Origin: Pseudogymnoascus verrucosus
Lineage: Eukaryota
Assembly (NCBI GenBank): GCA_001662655.1
Contig: KV460211.1
Length of the DNA: 64,000 nt
Reading direction: 5' to 3' (one strand)
Below the pieces are notes generated by a model. That model saw nothing but the letters and a program-made list of their open reading frames with translations. It was not told the DNA's origin and searched no databases. Numbering within the stretch: the stretch's first letter is position 1; each line of letters opens with the position of its first letter. This document shows positions 48,295 through 62,361 of the stretch, piece after piece. The position numbers were made by a program, and so were the translations under genes.

Positions 48295-50006
48295 TCAAAC
48301 CACCGGTTGTGCTAACGGGGGTAACTCCCCAACCTTCCTCTCCCTCGCCACATCCCTCGCTCCCCCATCAATCCCCGTAACCTGCCCCTCCTCACTCAGC
48401 AGCGGAATCGAATCCACATTCGCGGCCCCCTCATCCCCTGAGGAAAGCGGGCTCTTCGCCGCCTCAGCGGGCGGTGTCCCGATCGCCAGATCCGGGCTAC
48501 TCTGCCACTTCTGGACTTCCTTACGCATTTCCTCGAGCTCGTTCTGGAAGCGCTTCCCGAAGACGTCGATGTAGTAGGTGGCGCCGTTATAGATACTCCA
48601 CGTGAACACGCCGAAGAGGAACATGGAGCTGGCCCAGCGGTACCAGAACCAGATCGGGCAGGGTAGCATGGTGGCGAGGGCGTAGGTGTACTGGATGAAC
48701 ATGAACGCGGGCTCTTGGAGGCTGTCGGGGAGGGAGGTGACGGCGCGGCCGATCCAGGCTTTGGCGTAGGATTTCTTGAGCCAGGTGTAGGATGTTGGGC
48801 GGCCGGCGGCGATTTGGGCGCGCCGGCGCACGGTGATGAGGAAGTGGTAGGAGAGTTGCCAGACGGCGTAGGGGAGGGTGGACCATAGGGCCATGGCGGC
48901 TAGGGTGTAGTGCTCGGGTGAGGAGGGGGCGGAGGTGCGGATTGTGTGGAGGGCGGGGAAGCGGGAGGCTTGGAGCTCGTCGGGGAGGAGGTGAACCATG
49001 CAGTGGAGGGCGACGCAGGGCATGATGTGGATGAAGAGACTGGGAGGGTTAGCTGATTAATGGAGTGTGAATGGAGTGTAGGAACTTACCTCGTGACTTT
49101 GTCGAGAGAGTGGAAGACGAGAGAGTTCCTCCACATAGCGATGGCGATCGCATTGTTACCAAATGCGAGGCAGTACGTGCTGATGAAAAGACGTTTCGAC
49201 TTAGGGAAAACCCAGATGCTGAGCATAAGGAGGAAGTTGACGAAGTAGCAGAGATCCGCGAGGAAATAGTGTAGACCGCGGCGCTTGTACGTGAAGAAGC
49301 GGATGGGCATGAAGTAGAGGAGCTGGAGCGTGTACCAGATATGGAACCACTCTGGGCGCCCACCGATGAGGTAGCCGCTGATGAGGATATTGAGGACACC
49401 GAAGATGAACGAGAACTTCTCGCGCAGTGTCACGGCTTTGGTATCGTTCCACTGTTTCCCAAGCTTGTCGACGCTGGTCTTCATCCGCCTGCGGTATTTC
49501 TCAAGCTGTTCATCGGCGGTGGGCACACGCCTCCTCCATTCCTCCACGACCTTGTCTTTGGCAAGGTTGCCTCGAGACCTAAGCGCATTTCGTTGCCGGA
49601 GGACCTTTTCTGTCTGTGCGCTGAGATTCTTTTGAAGCTTCTCGAGTTGTGACGGCAGAGCTAAGTTGTCAAGGAGGTCAAAGACGCTTAGACGGTCCAG
49701 CGGTGGGATGGCCTCCCAGTCTTCATGATAAGAACTGCTTCCCGAGAATGAATTGTTTCGTGATAGACGCGGACTTCCTTCAGACGCAGAGGCATGCCTG
49801 CCATTAGGTGGTGATGCACTGGCAAAGGATTCTGGGCTGCCAACCGCAAACTCCCCAGCGCCATCTGTGGCAGCTCCCCCCCCTCTTCCTGGTATTGGTA
49901 TAGGTTCAGACATCTCAGAGAGTGTTCGTGTGTGTTTGTGTGATCGGTCTGGAAAGGAGATACGTCGGAGTACTGCGGCGCCCCTGAGAACTAAAAGGTC
50001 AGCCAT
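48295..50006 (-). CDS. GPC1: Glycerophosphocholine acyltransferase Gpc1 (DUF2838), 2 exons; start at 50006 or 49913
   Basis: HYFLADLCYFVN, AIAMWRNSLVFHSLDKVT|SLFIHIMP, WSIYNGATYYIDVFGKRF. Confidence 0.88.
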
Positions 50007-50804
50007 AATCTTGGTGACGTCGACGATGTTATAACCCCAAGACGCGAAACCCTTGAGGCACGAGACGCGTGAAAATGAAGAGGGGTCTCAACTTACCGAC
50101 GATAGAGCCCTGACTTATAGTAATATATACAGAGCTACTCGGCAGTTACTCTTGAGGGGTAACGGTGAACCGCTGGGGTGGGTTGGTTCTTTGCGGGACA
50201 GAAGTCTAGGTTGCAGTGTGGGAGCTGCAGTAAGGGGATCTGGCTGGAAGATGGTCGTCAAGTTTGACGAGTAAGAAAGCTGGAAGGGTCGATATATGGC
50301 GTGTAAAGAACTAGTATAACGTATTCTTTAACATGCTAGTTATCGATCACCCGCCATGTGGAGTCAGACGCTGAGGTTGAAAGGAGGCGCATTTACTGGA
50401 TGTCGAGGTTGGAAATGAAATCGTGCTGCGAGCCGCAGATGTAATTGGGTCAAGGCTGAAGAGTGTCTCAAGGGCCGAGGGATCTGATGACGGCCATAAT
50501 GGCCACACCAACTCCAGCCAACGCCACCATTTTACAAAGCGCGTTCTATACATATTGGTACTTATGAATAAAAGCTGGAAAACCTGACTCAAGAATCATC
50601 TTTTAGGATATTTCTATTCTTGTTATTCTGGAGAATTACCAGGCAGCGAGACATGTGATACTTCTGTGGCTTTTGTATGGCGCAACCCTGTTGTGTAAAA
50701 TGATACAAGGAATAAATATCTTGTAGCCCAGTTAAGCGTCCAATCATTGCTCACGTACAGCTATGGGCGAGGCTGAGAAATATATACATCACGTGACGTC
50801 TACC

Positions 50805-50868
50805 TATTCGCGTCGGAGGACTCGAGGACGTATCGCGAGAACCGCGACTGTTCGCGACGGCGCGCGCA
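50805..50868. promoter_or_regulatory. Cluster of CGCG-core MCB/SCB-like elements upstream of SMC1
   Basis: tcgcgt (50808), tcgcga (50833), ccgcga, tcgcga and gcgcgcg within ~60 bp, about 200 bp before the SMC1 ATG. Confidence 0.5.
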
Positions 50869-51063
50869 TTGGTATCCATAAACGTCAACGAATCCGATAG
50901 CTTTTCGGGGTCATACGTATAAGCGGCTCGTTTCGACTCTTCCGAGACACATACCGGATCGACTATATCTATCTCCAAATTGAAAAAGCACCTATGTGTG
51001 TTTCTTTACAACCTACCCGTACCTGATTGACACGACTTCACCCCGCAAAGCGCAACTCTCAAA

Positions 51064-54000
51064 ATGGGGAAACTCATCCGCCTCGAGCTCTTCAGTAAGC
51101 CAATCTCGGATATTGATCGTGCGGCAACTTGCAATCTGACTATGAGACAGACTTCAAGTCCTACAAGGGCCATCATACCCTTCTGTTCGGCGACTCATAC
51201 TTCACCTCCATCATTGGGCCCAATGGATCCGGAAAATCAAATTCGTACGTCGCATCGAATAATGAGGGACATAAAAGAGGGACAATACTGACAATATTGC
51301 AGCATGGACGCGATCTCCTTCGTTTTAGGAATCAAGTCATCTCATCTTCGTTCAACGCACCTCAGAGACCTCGTGTACCGTGGTCGCGTCCTTAAGACCT
51401 CGAAAATCAACGATGACGGATCAGCGGATGCGCCGGCAGCAAATGGCGACGCAAATGGAGATGCGAATTCCGATGGCGAGGGTGCGGACCTACAGAGATC
51501 CGAGCGCAATGATCCGAAGAGCGCATGGGTTATGGCGGTCTACGAGGATGATGCTGGAGATGAACTGAAATGGAAGCGCACAATCACAAACCAGGGGGCT
51601 AGCGAATACAGAATCAACAACAAGGTCGTCACGGCCCAGCAATATAATGAAGCCCTCGAAGCGGAAAATATTCTCATCAAGGCACGGAATTTCTTGGTCT
51701 TCCAAGGTGATGTTGAAGCCATCGCGTCGCAATCTCCGAAAGACCTTACCCGCCTGATCGAGCAGATCTCTGGAAGTTTGGAACACAAAGCTGAATACGA
51801 ACGTCTGGAAACTGAGGCTCAAGAGGCGGCAGAAAACCAGAACAACAGCTTACAGCGTCGCCGAGGCATCAATTCCGAGATTAAACAATATCAGGACCAA
51901 AAGAAGGAGGCGGATAACTTCCAGGCCAAGGCGGACGAACGTGACGACGCGATTGTCAAGCATATTCTGTGGAAATTATACCACTTTCAAAAGGTCATCG
52001 ACGAATCGTCGGAGGAGATCGCAAAACATCAGGAGGAGCTAAAGAAGTTCCGCTATGGAATAAGGAAATACGAAGCTGAACTTGATGAGGCGCGGAAAGA
52101 GCATGCTCGCACACAGAAGGAAGTGGGTAAGGTTGAACGTGGCATCAAAAGCAAGGAGAGGGATGTCGAGCACAAGATGAACAGTCTCGTCCCCATCGAT
52201 GAAAAGGTAGAGCACGTCCAAAGGGAGACGGCGAAAGTTGAGAAGCGCATTAGCGACCTTACGAAAGAGCGTGACAGCCAACTTGCTGGAATACAGAGTG
52301 CCAAGAAGGAGCTTGCACTTGTGGACAAAGCGCACAAACTGTTCGAGACACAGTGGAAAGAGCAGATGAAGAAACAGGGCAAGGAACTCAGCGCGGATGA
52401 TTTGAAGGAGTACAACAAGCTCAAGGCCCAGGTCATCAACCAGTCGTCAACAAATCAAGCTAAATTGGACAACCTATTGAGGCAGCTGAAGACCGATGAG
52501 ATTACTGTCAATTCACTGAAGAGCAAGGTGCAATCATCGCAATCGCAGGTGGAGAAACTCGGTCAGGAAGCTAGCCAAATCACTGAGAGAAGGGATGCTA
52601 TGAAGGTTTCGATGAAGCAGATCACGAAAGACATCGACGGCAAGAAAAAGGAGTACAATGTTCTGCAGTCCGAACGTCTACGTGTCAACCAGAAGCGCAC
52701 AGAAATCGAAGAGAAGATTGAGGATATCGTCAAGAAACTCGACTTTGCGAATGATGGGAGGCGCCAGAACGACAGGGAGGCCAGAACGAAGGAGATCGTG
52801 ACGGCGCTGAAGCGCATATACCCTGGTGTTCGTGGCCGAATCGGTGAACTCTGTAAGCCAAAGCAGAAGAAATTCGACGAAGCAGTCATCACTGCCTTGG
52901 GCCGCGATTTCGATTCTGTGGTCGTTGATACCGAGAAGACCGGAACTGAATGCGTTCAGTATCTGAAAGATCAGCGCCGCGCCCCAATGACGTTCATCCC
53001 CTTGGACAACATCAAGGTTAATGCGGTTAACTCTAACTTGAAGGGACTCTCAAAGGCACGCCTGACAATTGACACCATTGACTTTGATTCTACGCTTGAA
53101 CGAGCCATGTCATATGCTTGTGGTAACTCGATCGTGTGTGACGACCTTGCCACAGCCAAGCAAATTTGCTACGACAAGGGCATGCAAGTGAAGGCTGTAA
53201 CACTGGAAGGTTTCGTCATTCACAAGGCTGGTTTGATGACTGGTGGTCGTGGCGCCGAGGGCAAGGGCGGCAAACGTCGCTTCGAAGAACAAGATGTTCA
53301 AAATCTCGAGAAGATGCTCGAGAAGATGAAGACGGAGCTGGATAGTCTGCCCAAGGCGAATCGCAGAGGTGCCGCTGAAGAGACTCTGCAAAGTGATCTG
53401 TCAGGCCTTGAGCAAAGGCTGGCATACACCAAGAGTGAACTCGCTGCATTTGAGCAAAACCTTGCAAGCAAGAAGAAGGAGCTTGATTATGAGAAGCGAC
53501 AGCTCAGTGATATTCAACCGAAGTATAAAGAGCAAGCTGGGTCCTTGCAGACTCTCCAGGAGTCTGTCCAGAACTTCAAGGATGCAGTCTCCAAGGTTGA
53601 GGACAAGGTGTTTGCTGGGTTCTGTCAGAGACTTGGTTACGATAACATTCGTGACTACGAAGTCCAGCAGGGCACATTGGAACAAGAAGCTGCTCAAAAG
53701 CGGAACGACTTCGAACTTCAGAAGCAGAAGCTCACGAGCCGATTGACTTGGGAGACGTCTCGTGTCGATGACACTAAGGCTCGCCTCAAGCGCCTTGAAG
53801 ACCAGACATTCTCCCTTTCTCAGGACATTGACACGTACAATTCCTCAAAGGAAAAGCTGGAAGAATCACTTGATGTCGACAATGCCGAAATCGAGGTCTT
53901 GAAAGAGCAATTGACGGAGGCAAAGCAGAAGTCCTCCAAAAAGAACGAAAAGGTCGTCCAAGCCCGCGACGAACTGCAGAAGCGAAGCAAGAATGTGGAC

Positions 54001-55031
54001 ACTGTGCAGAGGGCTATTTCCAGCTTGGAGAGCGAAGCCCAACGTGCCGCGGCCGGTCGCTACGCGCAGCTTCGTCGCTGTAAGCTCGAGCAGATTCGGA
54101 TCCCATTAGCCGACGGGTCTAGCGACCTGGAAAGCCTTCCTGTCGATAACATGCCTGATGTCGACCCCGATGCAATGGACGTTGACGAGGGTGACGCAGT
54201 CGACCCGGTGCTGATCAACGATGGCATCCAGATCGACTTTGACGAACTGGACGAGGACCTCACCGAATCAGGAGAAGAGCACATCGAAGAGACGCTCCTC
54301 TCGCAGATCGCAGCCCTCAACGCCGCTCTCGAGAAGCTCAACCCCAACATGCGCGCTATCGACCGTCTCGAAGCTGTCGAAGCACGCCTCAAGACTACAG
54401 AGCAGGACTACGAAGACGCGCGCAAGGCAGCTCGCGACTCTCGAGACGCGTTCTTGGAGGTGAAGGAGAAGCGCTTTAATCTCTTCAACAAGGCCTTCTC
54501 CCACATCTCGGAGCAGATCAGTCACGTCTACAAGGACCTCACGCGCTCGGCGGCGTACCCGCTGGGCGGGCAAGCCTACCTCGATATCGAAGACTCGGAT
54601 GCGCCGTACCTCTCCGGTATCAAGTACCACGCCATGCCGCCGCTCAAGCGTTTCCGTGACATGGAGCATCTCTCCGGTGGTGAGAAGACTATGGCGGCGC
54701 TGGCTCTCCTCTTCGCGGTCCACTCGTATCAGCCGAGTCCGTTCTTCGTGCTGGACGAGGTGGATGCTGCGCTGGACAATGCGAATGTGGAGAAGATCCG
54801 GAATTACATCCGTGAGCATGCCAATCCGGGGATGCAGTTTATTGTGATTAGTTTGAAGACGGGCTTGTTCCAGGGGAGTGAGAGCTTGGTGGGGGTTTAC
54901 AGGGACCAGGATGCTAATTCGAGTAATACGCTGACGCTTGATGTGAGTACCCCAATCCCTTCTTTCGGCCCCTTTTTGGTCCTGGTCGAGGACATAACTG
55001 ACTGAAAATCTAGTTGCGTAAATACCAGTAG
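51064..55031 (+). CDS. SMC1: Cohesin subunit Smc1, 4 exons
   Basis: MGKLIRLELF|NFKSYKG...IIGPNGSGKSN|SMDAISFVLG; hinge domain; LSGGEKT...FFVLDEVDAALD; last exon LRKYQ* at 55014-55031. Confidence 0.97.
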
Positions 55032-56629
55032 TGTAAATCGTTGCTTCGATGACAAGGGGGAGAAATGGGATGGCGTTAAATGGCTTGTGCTGGGTTCGCA
55101 TATAACTTTGCTATATTTTTTGCTGCACACGGCAGAAGCGTACTTGTATTTAATCATGGCTAGATGATGAGACCATGAAAGTCCTAGATACATATATCCA
55201 CACCATGATCTGCTCGGCGTTAGGCTGGTTTGAATATCATAAAAAGTTCGCACATATGAGACAACACATACTCCGGCCCTGATTCCACAGCCAATCTGCA
55301 CGACATATCACCCATTTTACGACCACCACAACTTCCCCTTACGCTACTTAATGCAAACACCCACACTGGTTCAATCATAGCGTGCTCATCCATCCGTGTG
55401 AGCAACTCGAACCCCCCAGCCGCCCTGTCCAAAAACGCGTGGTGGTCGTGACCGCACTTTACGCGCCCCAGCCAATCAATACCCCAAGCCACCCCCTGAC
55501 CTGACGCCAAACGCAGCCATTCGGAGCGCAGCCTTTCGCGTCGCGCAGGGCGCGTACTGCACGCCAGTCACAAACAAAGGTGATTCGGCGTGTCGCTCTG
55601 GATCATAACAACGCCCTTAGGGGGCCTGAGTAAGCCCCTGCTAGGTGCCCTGTCTACTGTCCTGGCAGGGGCCGGTGCACCCCGTTGCGGGCCGCTGGGG
55701 GGTTTGTTGTGGTCGTGGAGGCCGAATCAATGGCCTGGCGAGGATGGGATGGGGGGTGCTAATGGAGGTACTGTGGGGAGTTGGCGGCGGGTGTGGGGCT
55801 GGGAGTTAATAGGGTAGAAGAGAGGAGAGGAGAGGGGATGGGAGAGGTTAAAAGAGACGCGACGTGATGTTTTGATGTTGTGGTTTTGGTGATGGGGCGG
55901 TGAAGTGTGGAGAGGTTGGTGTTGCATTCTGTTTGCTGGGCTTAGGCTTACTGCTGCCGCTGAGGAAGGAAGCGTCAACAGAGCGATTGTTAGCTAGTAG
56001 CAGAACAGAGAGTGAATTGAACTAGCAAACATTTTGAAATTCGTAAAGCAAATCTTTCTTTCATCACCCTTTAACATCAAACATTATATTCCTAACCACG
56101 CAATAACCTATCTACACTCACCGACCTCAGCGGTCAAATCCTCGGTCACTCGCTTGCCTCCGTAAATGGCTTAGTGCGGCCCCTACCTATCCCATTATCA
56201 CGATTGACGAGCGCGGCAACGCCAAACAACAACCTCACGACGACGGCGAATCGAGCGCCAGGCAGGCTTCAGGAATAGCTGCTGTAGCTGCAGGATATCC
56301 GTCACTTCCGCATCACAAAATTGTTGCACAGCGAAACCCGACCGGAGTTGAGACTGCGAAATCGCATCCGGAGCGATACAAATAGAAGTGGAGCACCACC
56401 CCCGATAAACATCGCCGGAGTGGGACAGTCGTGGATTGCGACAGCGACTTGTGCCTGCGACAGCGACGCCGATTATTCACCTGGCTGGCGAGAGAAGCTA
56501 GTAGCGAATGAGAAGGAGATTTGGTACCTGGTTCTCGACATCGATCTAGACGAAATATTGGTCCGACGCTATTGCTTTGTTCCTTGCGCGCTTCGATAAC
56601 CTCACCTTCACCATCTGCGACAACCACCG

Positions 56630-58746
56630 ATGGCGACGATGGAGGCCAGCGACGACAACAACAACACCACAGCTGATGTGGCTACAGCTGCTGCTTCAAA
56701 GGCTATTGAGAGTGAAACAATCAACTCCTTGAATACACCACCGCTCGAGAAGGCGCCCGGAAATATGACACCGCCACTTCCAAAGGAGAGGACAAGACGG
56801 ACAACGGTGAATGCGAACACAAATGTGAACAGCAATACTGCCGGCGCACGGTCAAGGACACCAAGTGCGCCTGCGCCGTTGGATCCAAACGCTCTTAGCA
56901 AAGCGCTATTCAAGGAGTTTGAGGAGGGTGGAAGGTCGAGGGATATCACACCTGGAGGGAGTCCGAGTCGGAAGAGGCAAAGGGTCTACGGCGATAGGTG
57001 AGCTTTGATTTCTACTGTGTCTTTGCGCATGAAGAGAGGGTGTGGACGGCGCAAGGTGGAGGTCGCTGAGAGATTCATCTTTGAGGCTTGTGAGGATTGA
57101 AATAAATCTTGTGAATTCAAGATCGATTGGCGTTCAGATCCGATCTTTGGCCGCCTTTCAAGACTGATTTGCTGACAAAATATCCTTAGATTCATCCCAA
57201 ACCGAGAAGGACAAGACCTACAGGCAAGTTTCAGCTTGCTTCACGATGATGGTTCGCCGGCGACACCTTCAAAGGCCAAGAAACGGACGCCGCATGGCGA
57301 GCTTCATTTCCAAAAGAGTAAGCTTCACAGTGGCCGTGAATTGAGAATGGTAACATGTGCTAACCTGTGACAGCTGAGGAGGCAAACCGGACCTTTTCCA
57401 CACTTCTACGGGCAGAAATATTCGATACTTCAGTACCCCAAGCTACACCCACCAATTTATCACCAGACACTACAATACATTCAACATCTACGACAGCTCA
57501 CGATCCTACTCGCTCTCACACTCCTCCCAACAATGGATCAAATACCTCTGTTACAAACTCCATGACACCTTCCACACCTCACAAGAACCTCTTCACATAT
57601 ATGTCACCCAGACACCACACCCACATAGCTGGACACCCTACACCAACTCGAACGCCTCAAAGTCGGCATGGACCTAACCTCAATGCAAGATCCGAGATTT
57701 ACAGTCTTTCCCCAGTTCGCCTAAGCAGTCAACACATGCTCCTGAGCCCACGGAAGCAACCCCGAGCCGTTAACAAAGTTCCCTACAAAGTGCTTGATGC
57801 ACCAGATCTCGCGGACGACTTTTACCTCAATCTCGTCGACTGGGGGAGCAGTGATATCCTCGGTGTTGGATTGGGAAGTTGTGTGTATATGTGGAACTCG
57901 GAAACTCAGCGGGTGAACAAGCTCTGCGAACTCGAGGATGACACCGTCACCAGCGTCTCCTGGATCCAGCGCGGCTCTCACATCGCTATTGGCACTGGGA
58001 AAGGCTTCGTGCAAATCTGGGATGCAGCTCGGACGCGCAGGCTACGAACGATGACGGGTCACACAGCCAGAGTAGGTGCGTTGGCTTGGAACGACCATAT
58101 CCTGACTTCCGGGTCGAGAGACCGTCTCATCTACCACCGTGATGTACGACAACCAGATCAGTGGCTGCGAAAGTTGGTGGGCCATAAACAGGAAGTTTGT
58201 GGCCTGCGCTGGAACTGCGAGGATGGCCAGCTTGCATCGGGTGGAAACGACAACAAGCTCTTGGTCTGGGACAAACTATCCGAGACGCCGACGTGGAAAT
58301 TCTCAGAACACACCGCGGCCGTGAAGGCTATTGCTTGGTCGCCACATCAGCGAGGACTCCTTGCTTCCGGTGGAGGAACGGCGGATCGCAAAATTATCTT
58401 CCACAACACTCTCACTGGCGCGCTGATCAACGAAATCGACACTGGCTCGCAAGTGTGTAATCTGGCATGGAGCAAGAACAGCAACGAGATCGTCAGCACG
58501 CACGGGTACAGCCAGAACCAGATTGTGGTGTGGAAGTACCCGTCCATGACGCAGGTGGTCAGCTTGACGGGGCATACCTACCGTGTGCTGTACCTTGCGA
58601 TGAGCCCTGACGGCAGAGTCATCGTTACAGGCGCTGGCGACGAGACATTACGGTTCTGGAACGCGTTCCCCAAGAAAGCAGGGCAGCGTGGCGAGGACGG
58701 GGAAGGCGGCACCGGGAAGCTCGCGGAGTGGAGTGTCATCAGGTGA
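56630..58746 (+). CDS. CDH1: APC/C activator Cdh1/Fzr (Srw1), 3 exons
   Basis: C-box YGDR|FIPNR, KVPYKVLDAPDLADDFYLNLVDW, WD40 repeats, C-terminal IR tail. Confidence 0.95.
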
Positions 58747-59558
58747 AGAAACAGGGGGTTAATGACGGGATGATAAGGGGGATATGGGCGTTGTGGATGG
58801 CATATGGCTTTAGCAACGGAGCTGATGTGATGAGACTTACGAAGCATGGCATTTGCATGGCTGGCGTTTTTGGGGCTGGGCTGGGTTGGGCTGGGAGAGA
58901 TGAATCATATATGGATGGGCATGGCTTTCGACTTTGCTTTAGCGGGGGCATATATTTTTTGCTTTGGAGTTGGGCTTGGGCATTAGCGAGGCTCTTTCGG
59001 GTTCCGTTGGGGGACTTCGGAATGGGCACAGCGGGTTTTTGTGTGTAATGATTGGAGGTGGGGTGGGAAATTCTCCTCTCTCTTCCAGATTATATAGAGA
59101 TATAGCTGGACGTGGCTGCATATCTTGCAAGAAGGAATGGAACATTCTACACTCCCATTTATGAGCTTACGTTATACTCTATGAAGCATGATGTCAGCTC
59201 TGTTTATTGACCACACACGCCGGCGAAAGCCAATCATATTCGGAAGACCTATGCTTGTCAGTAAGCTCACCCTGAGGAATTGCGGGGTAGGTTTTCGGGA
59301 GCTTCTTCTCTGGGCTATTATAGAATGTAGCTGTAGTTATGAACGGTGGATGGATATGAACCTGCCCGCTATTGATTGTATCCAACGTAAGCTTACTTTC
59401 TGTTGGATTCATAAGCTTTTAATACAAAGTTGTCGGGTTGCGTTTTCAATTTACTCTTCATAAAGAAACATTCTCACTTAACTTAATCTTACAGCGTTAT
59501 AACGTCAAAGGGAACCTAGTTTCCCATCACAGTATCTACTTCCAACACTATCATCAGA

Positions 59559-60480
59559 ATGTCCATGAAAAATGCTGCCGGTATCGATCTTTCCTACCAA
59601 AGCACTTTTACCGTTTAACTAACCGTCATATTTAGGAGAAGTGTGGTCCAACTATGGCAAGGCGTTTATGATTTTGGCAAAGGACGGCCCCGGCATCATT
59701 CCAGCAAGGGACATGGTAAAAGCCACCAACAAGCTCTACCCCTACGCCTCCGCCCTCTCTGTGCTCGATCTCGGCTGCGGCGTCGGCGAGCTCACAAACA
59801 GCGTCATCGAATCCCATGGCTCCGACTTACCCCCGTCCTCCCAACTCCTCGCCTCCGACATAGCCGCCGGCATGCTCAGCCAGCTTGAGCTCCGCAAGAC
59901 CAACGCACTGGCAAAGGGGATCACGGCTTGGGAAAAGGTCGAAACTTCCGTTGACGATGCCCAGGATCTCTCTGCATTCTCAGATAACTCAGTGAGCCAT
60001 GTGCTTGCGGGTTTCATGCTTTTCATGATCCCGCAACCACGCACTGCATTGAAGGAAATCCGCCGCGTGCTCACGGATGAGAATGGCGGCGGCGCGTTTG
60101 CAATGAGCTCTTGGCTGGAGCTGGATAGCGAGTGGTATCATATCATGACGCTTACGAACCAGTTCCGCCCGGAGAGACCATCGGTGAAGATGCCCCAGAC
60201 GTGGCTCACGATTGATGGGATTCGAGGCGAGCTTGAGGAGGCAGGGTTTCGAGATGTGGATGTGTATCCGCTGAAGACGTATCTTCCGTTTGAGGGACAT
60301 GAGCAGCTGGCGGATTTCATGATGTATACGTTTCCTAATATGGATAGAATGACTGCGGGGTTTACGGAAGAGGAACTGAAGGAGCTGCGAAGGCAGATTA
60401 TCGAATATGTCCAATCGCGCCACCCTACAGCACCTTCGAAGCTGGAAGGCACTGCTATCATTGCAGTGTGCAGGAAGTAA
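59559..60480 (+). CDS. Class I SAM-dependent methyltransferase, 2 exons (intron 59581-59635)
   Basis: VLDLGCGVG, LLASDIAAGML, DAQDLSAFSDNSVSHV, ALKEIRRVL; short exon 1 MSMKNAAG splices in phase. Confidence 0.88.
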
Positions 60481-60723
60481 ATAGGGGGTTGGAGGCAATA
60501 TGGAGGATACATAGCTCATCTGATGGTAAATACTAAGGCAAATTCGACATGCCGAGCAATATAAATTTTGCACATGCACTCATCGCCTCATGTCTACAGC
60601 ACATATAAACAACACTGTAATATTATTCATGGAGAAGTGGTTCTATAACTCCGAATCAATTCTATTATATTCTCCTAGAATTTCGTATCAATACATTTTG
60701 TGTAAATCCCACTCTCACACCCC

Positions 60724-62101
60724 TTAAAGCACGAGGCTTCCCGGCTCCTCCTCCAAGATCTCCTTCACTCTCTCCAGGAACACCATTCCCTGCCTCTCAT
60801 CTCCCTCTGGCACGCTGACACTGAATATGTTCGTCGTTGCTGCTGGTCCTGGAAGTGGCGTGGCAGGGATGCGCTTAGGCGCCGTGCTCCTGACCTTACC
60901 GGTAAGGAAGTCCAAGACATCGACGTCTTGCTTCACGGTCCTCACGCGAGGCACGGTGGCCATGGCAGTGTGTGGCAGGGCAGTGATTTGTGGCAGGAAG
61001 TTGCCGCGGACGCCGTAAGAGCTGCGGATGGTGTTGAGGCCAAGGATGTCGTCGAAAAGTTCGTCTTGGGATGGCTTTGCGTTCTTGGAGCGTGGGAGAT
61101 CATCGTTGGCAAAGTCGGCGGCGCGAGCGATGAAGGTCGAGAGGGGAAGGTGGGTTCCGAGTTCTCTCTGGATGCGGGCCTGGACCTCGAGTGCTGCAGC
61201 CATAGAGATAGGGAGAGCAACTTGGATATCTTGCTCAACCACTGGCTCAGCGACTGGTGCAGGGGCGGCCTTCTTTGGTGCCTCCTTCGGTGGCGCAATC
61301 TTGATGTTGCTGAGGTCGAGATGGGAGAGTTTCTCAACCTTGCCAGCAAGCTCCTTCGGGTATGCCTTCGAGATCTGGCCGAGATGGGCGAGGATGTCGC
61401 CCTTGAGGAGTTGGTTCTTGGGCCCGGTGCGCTTAATCTTGTCGACCTCCGATGCGGCGATACCGTGCTCGTGAATGAGGTGAGCAACCGATGGCAAAAG
61501 CGGATATTCTCTAGTGCTTTTGTGGGATGGTGCAAACGTCTCAGCAGCCGGCTTTGCGGATTCCTCCTTTGCCTCTGCCTCCTTCGCTGGTTGCTGCTCC
61601 TTTGGCGATTCCTGCTTCTTGGGTGCTTCAGCTTGAGCGGTCTCTTCTGCTGGGATTTCCAGAGAGCTTATGTCGTCACCCAATTCAGCAAGAACACCAA
61701 TCCTTGCGCCAACTGGAATGCCCTTTGCACCATCGCCTTTGATGATTTTAGCCACTATGCCGTCATCTTGAGCCTCAACATCCATGCTAGCCTTATCTGT
61801 TTCGATTTCCAACAGAACATCGCCAGCGACAAATGAATCGCCCTCCTTCACTTTCCAGGTCGCAATGTTCCCCTCAGTCATCGTTGGCGACAGTGCCGGC
61901 ATTGTGAAATTTTGCGCGGCAAGGTTTGCACGAGAGCTTCTGTAGCCTATCCCGCAACAATCAGCAAATGAAGCTCAACTATTTTCCACCGGCGGCACCG
62001 GAATTTACAAAACCTCACGTACCTCGTGATTGAACATCTCTCCTCAATTGCCTTGTAACAGCCCGTGAGGACAGCCTGCAAGCCGCTGCAATTGACGCCA
62101 T
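60724..62101 (-). CDS. PDX1: Pyruvate dehydrogenase protein X (E3-binding protein), mitochondrial
   Basis: Presequence MASIAAACRLSSRAVTRQL; lipoyl domain MPALSPTMTEG...EIETDKASMD; E3-binding LPSV...TGPKNQLLKGDILA; no E2 catalytic motif. Confidence 0.9.
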
Positions 62102-62361
62102 GCTTGCTGAGTTGGCGAGGCTCAAGTGAGCTTCGAATGGGCGCCAAAGGGTTGTTGAGGTTCCCGCCCACCAAAATCACGGCGGACATGATACTCCGGA
62201 ATTCGGAGAAATACAACACCGAGATATTTTTACTGCAAGCTTTCCGCAGCCTTGCGGATTACTAGTCGTCCCAAATAGGCCCGCCCAAGGTGAGTGATTG
62301 CTGCAATTGAAGCCGACACGGCCACGCGATACGTTCATGCCTAACTAATACCCTCTACCAG

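Noticed and set aside
46274..60480. Secondary-metabolite cluster (aminotransferase plus methyltransferase)
   Set aside because: The genes are ~12 kb apart, separated by housekeeping genes, with no PKS, NRPS or terpene synthase
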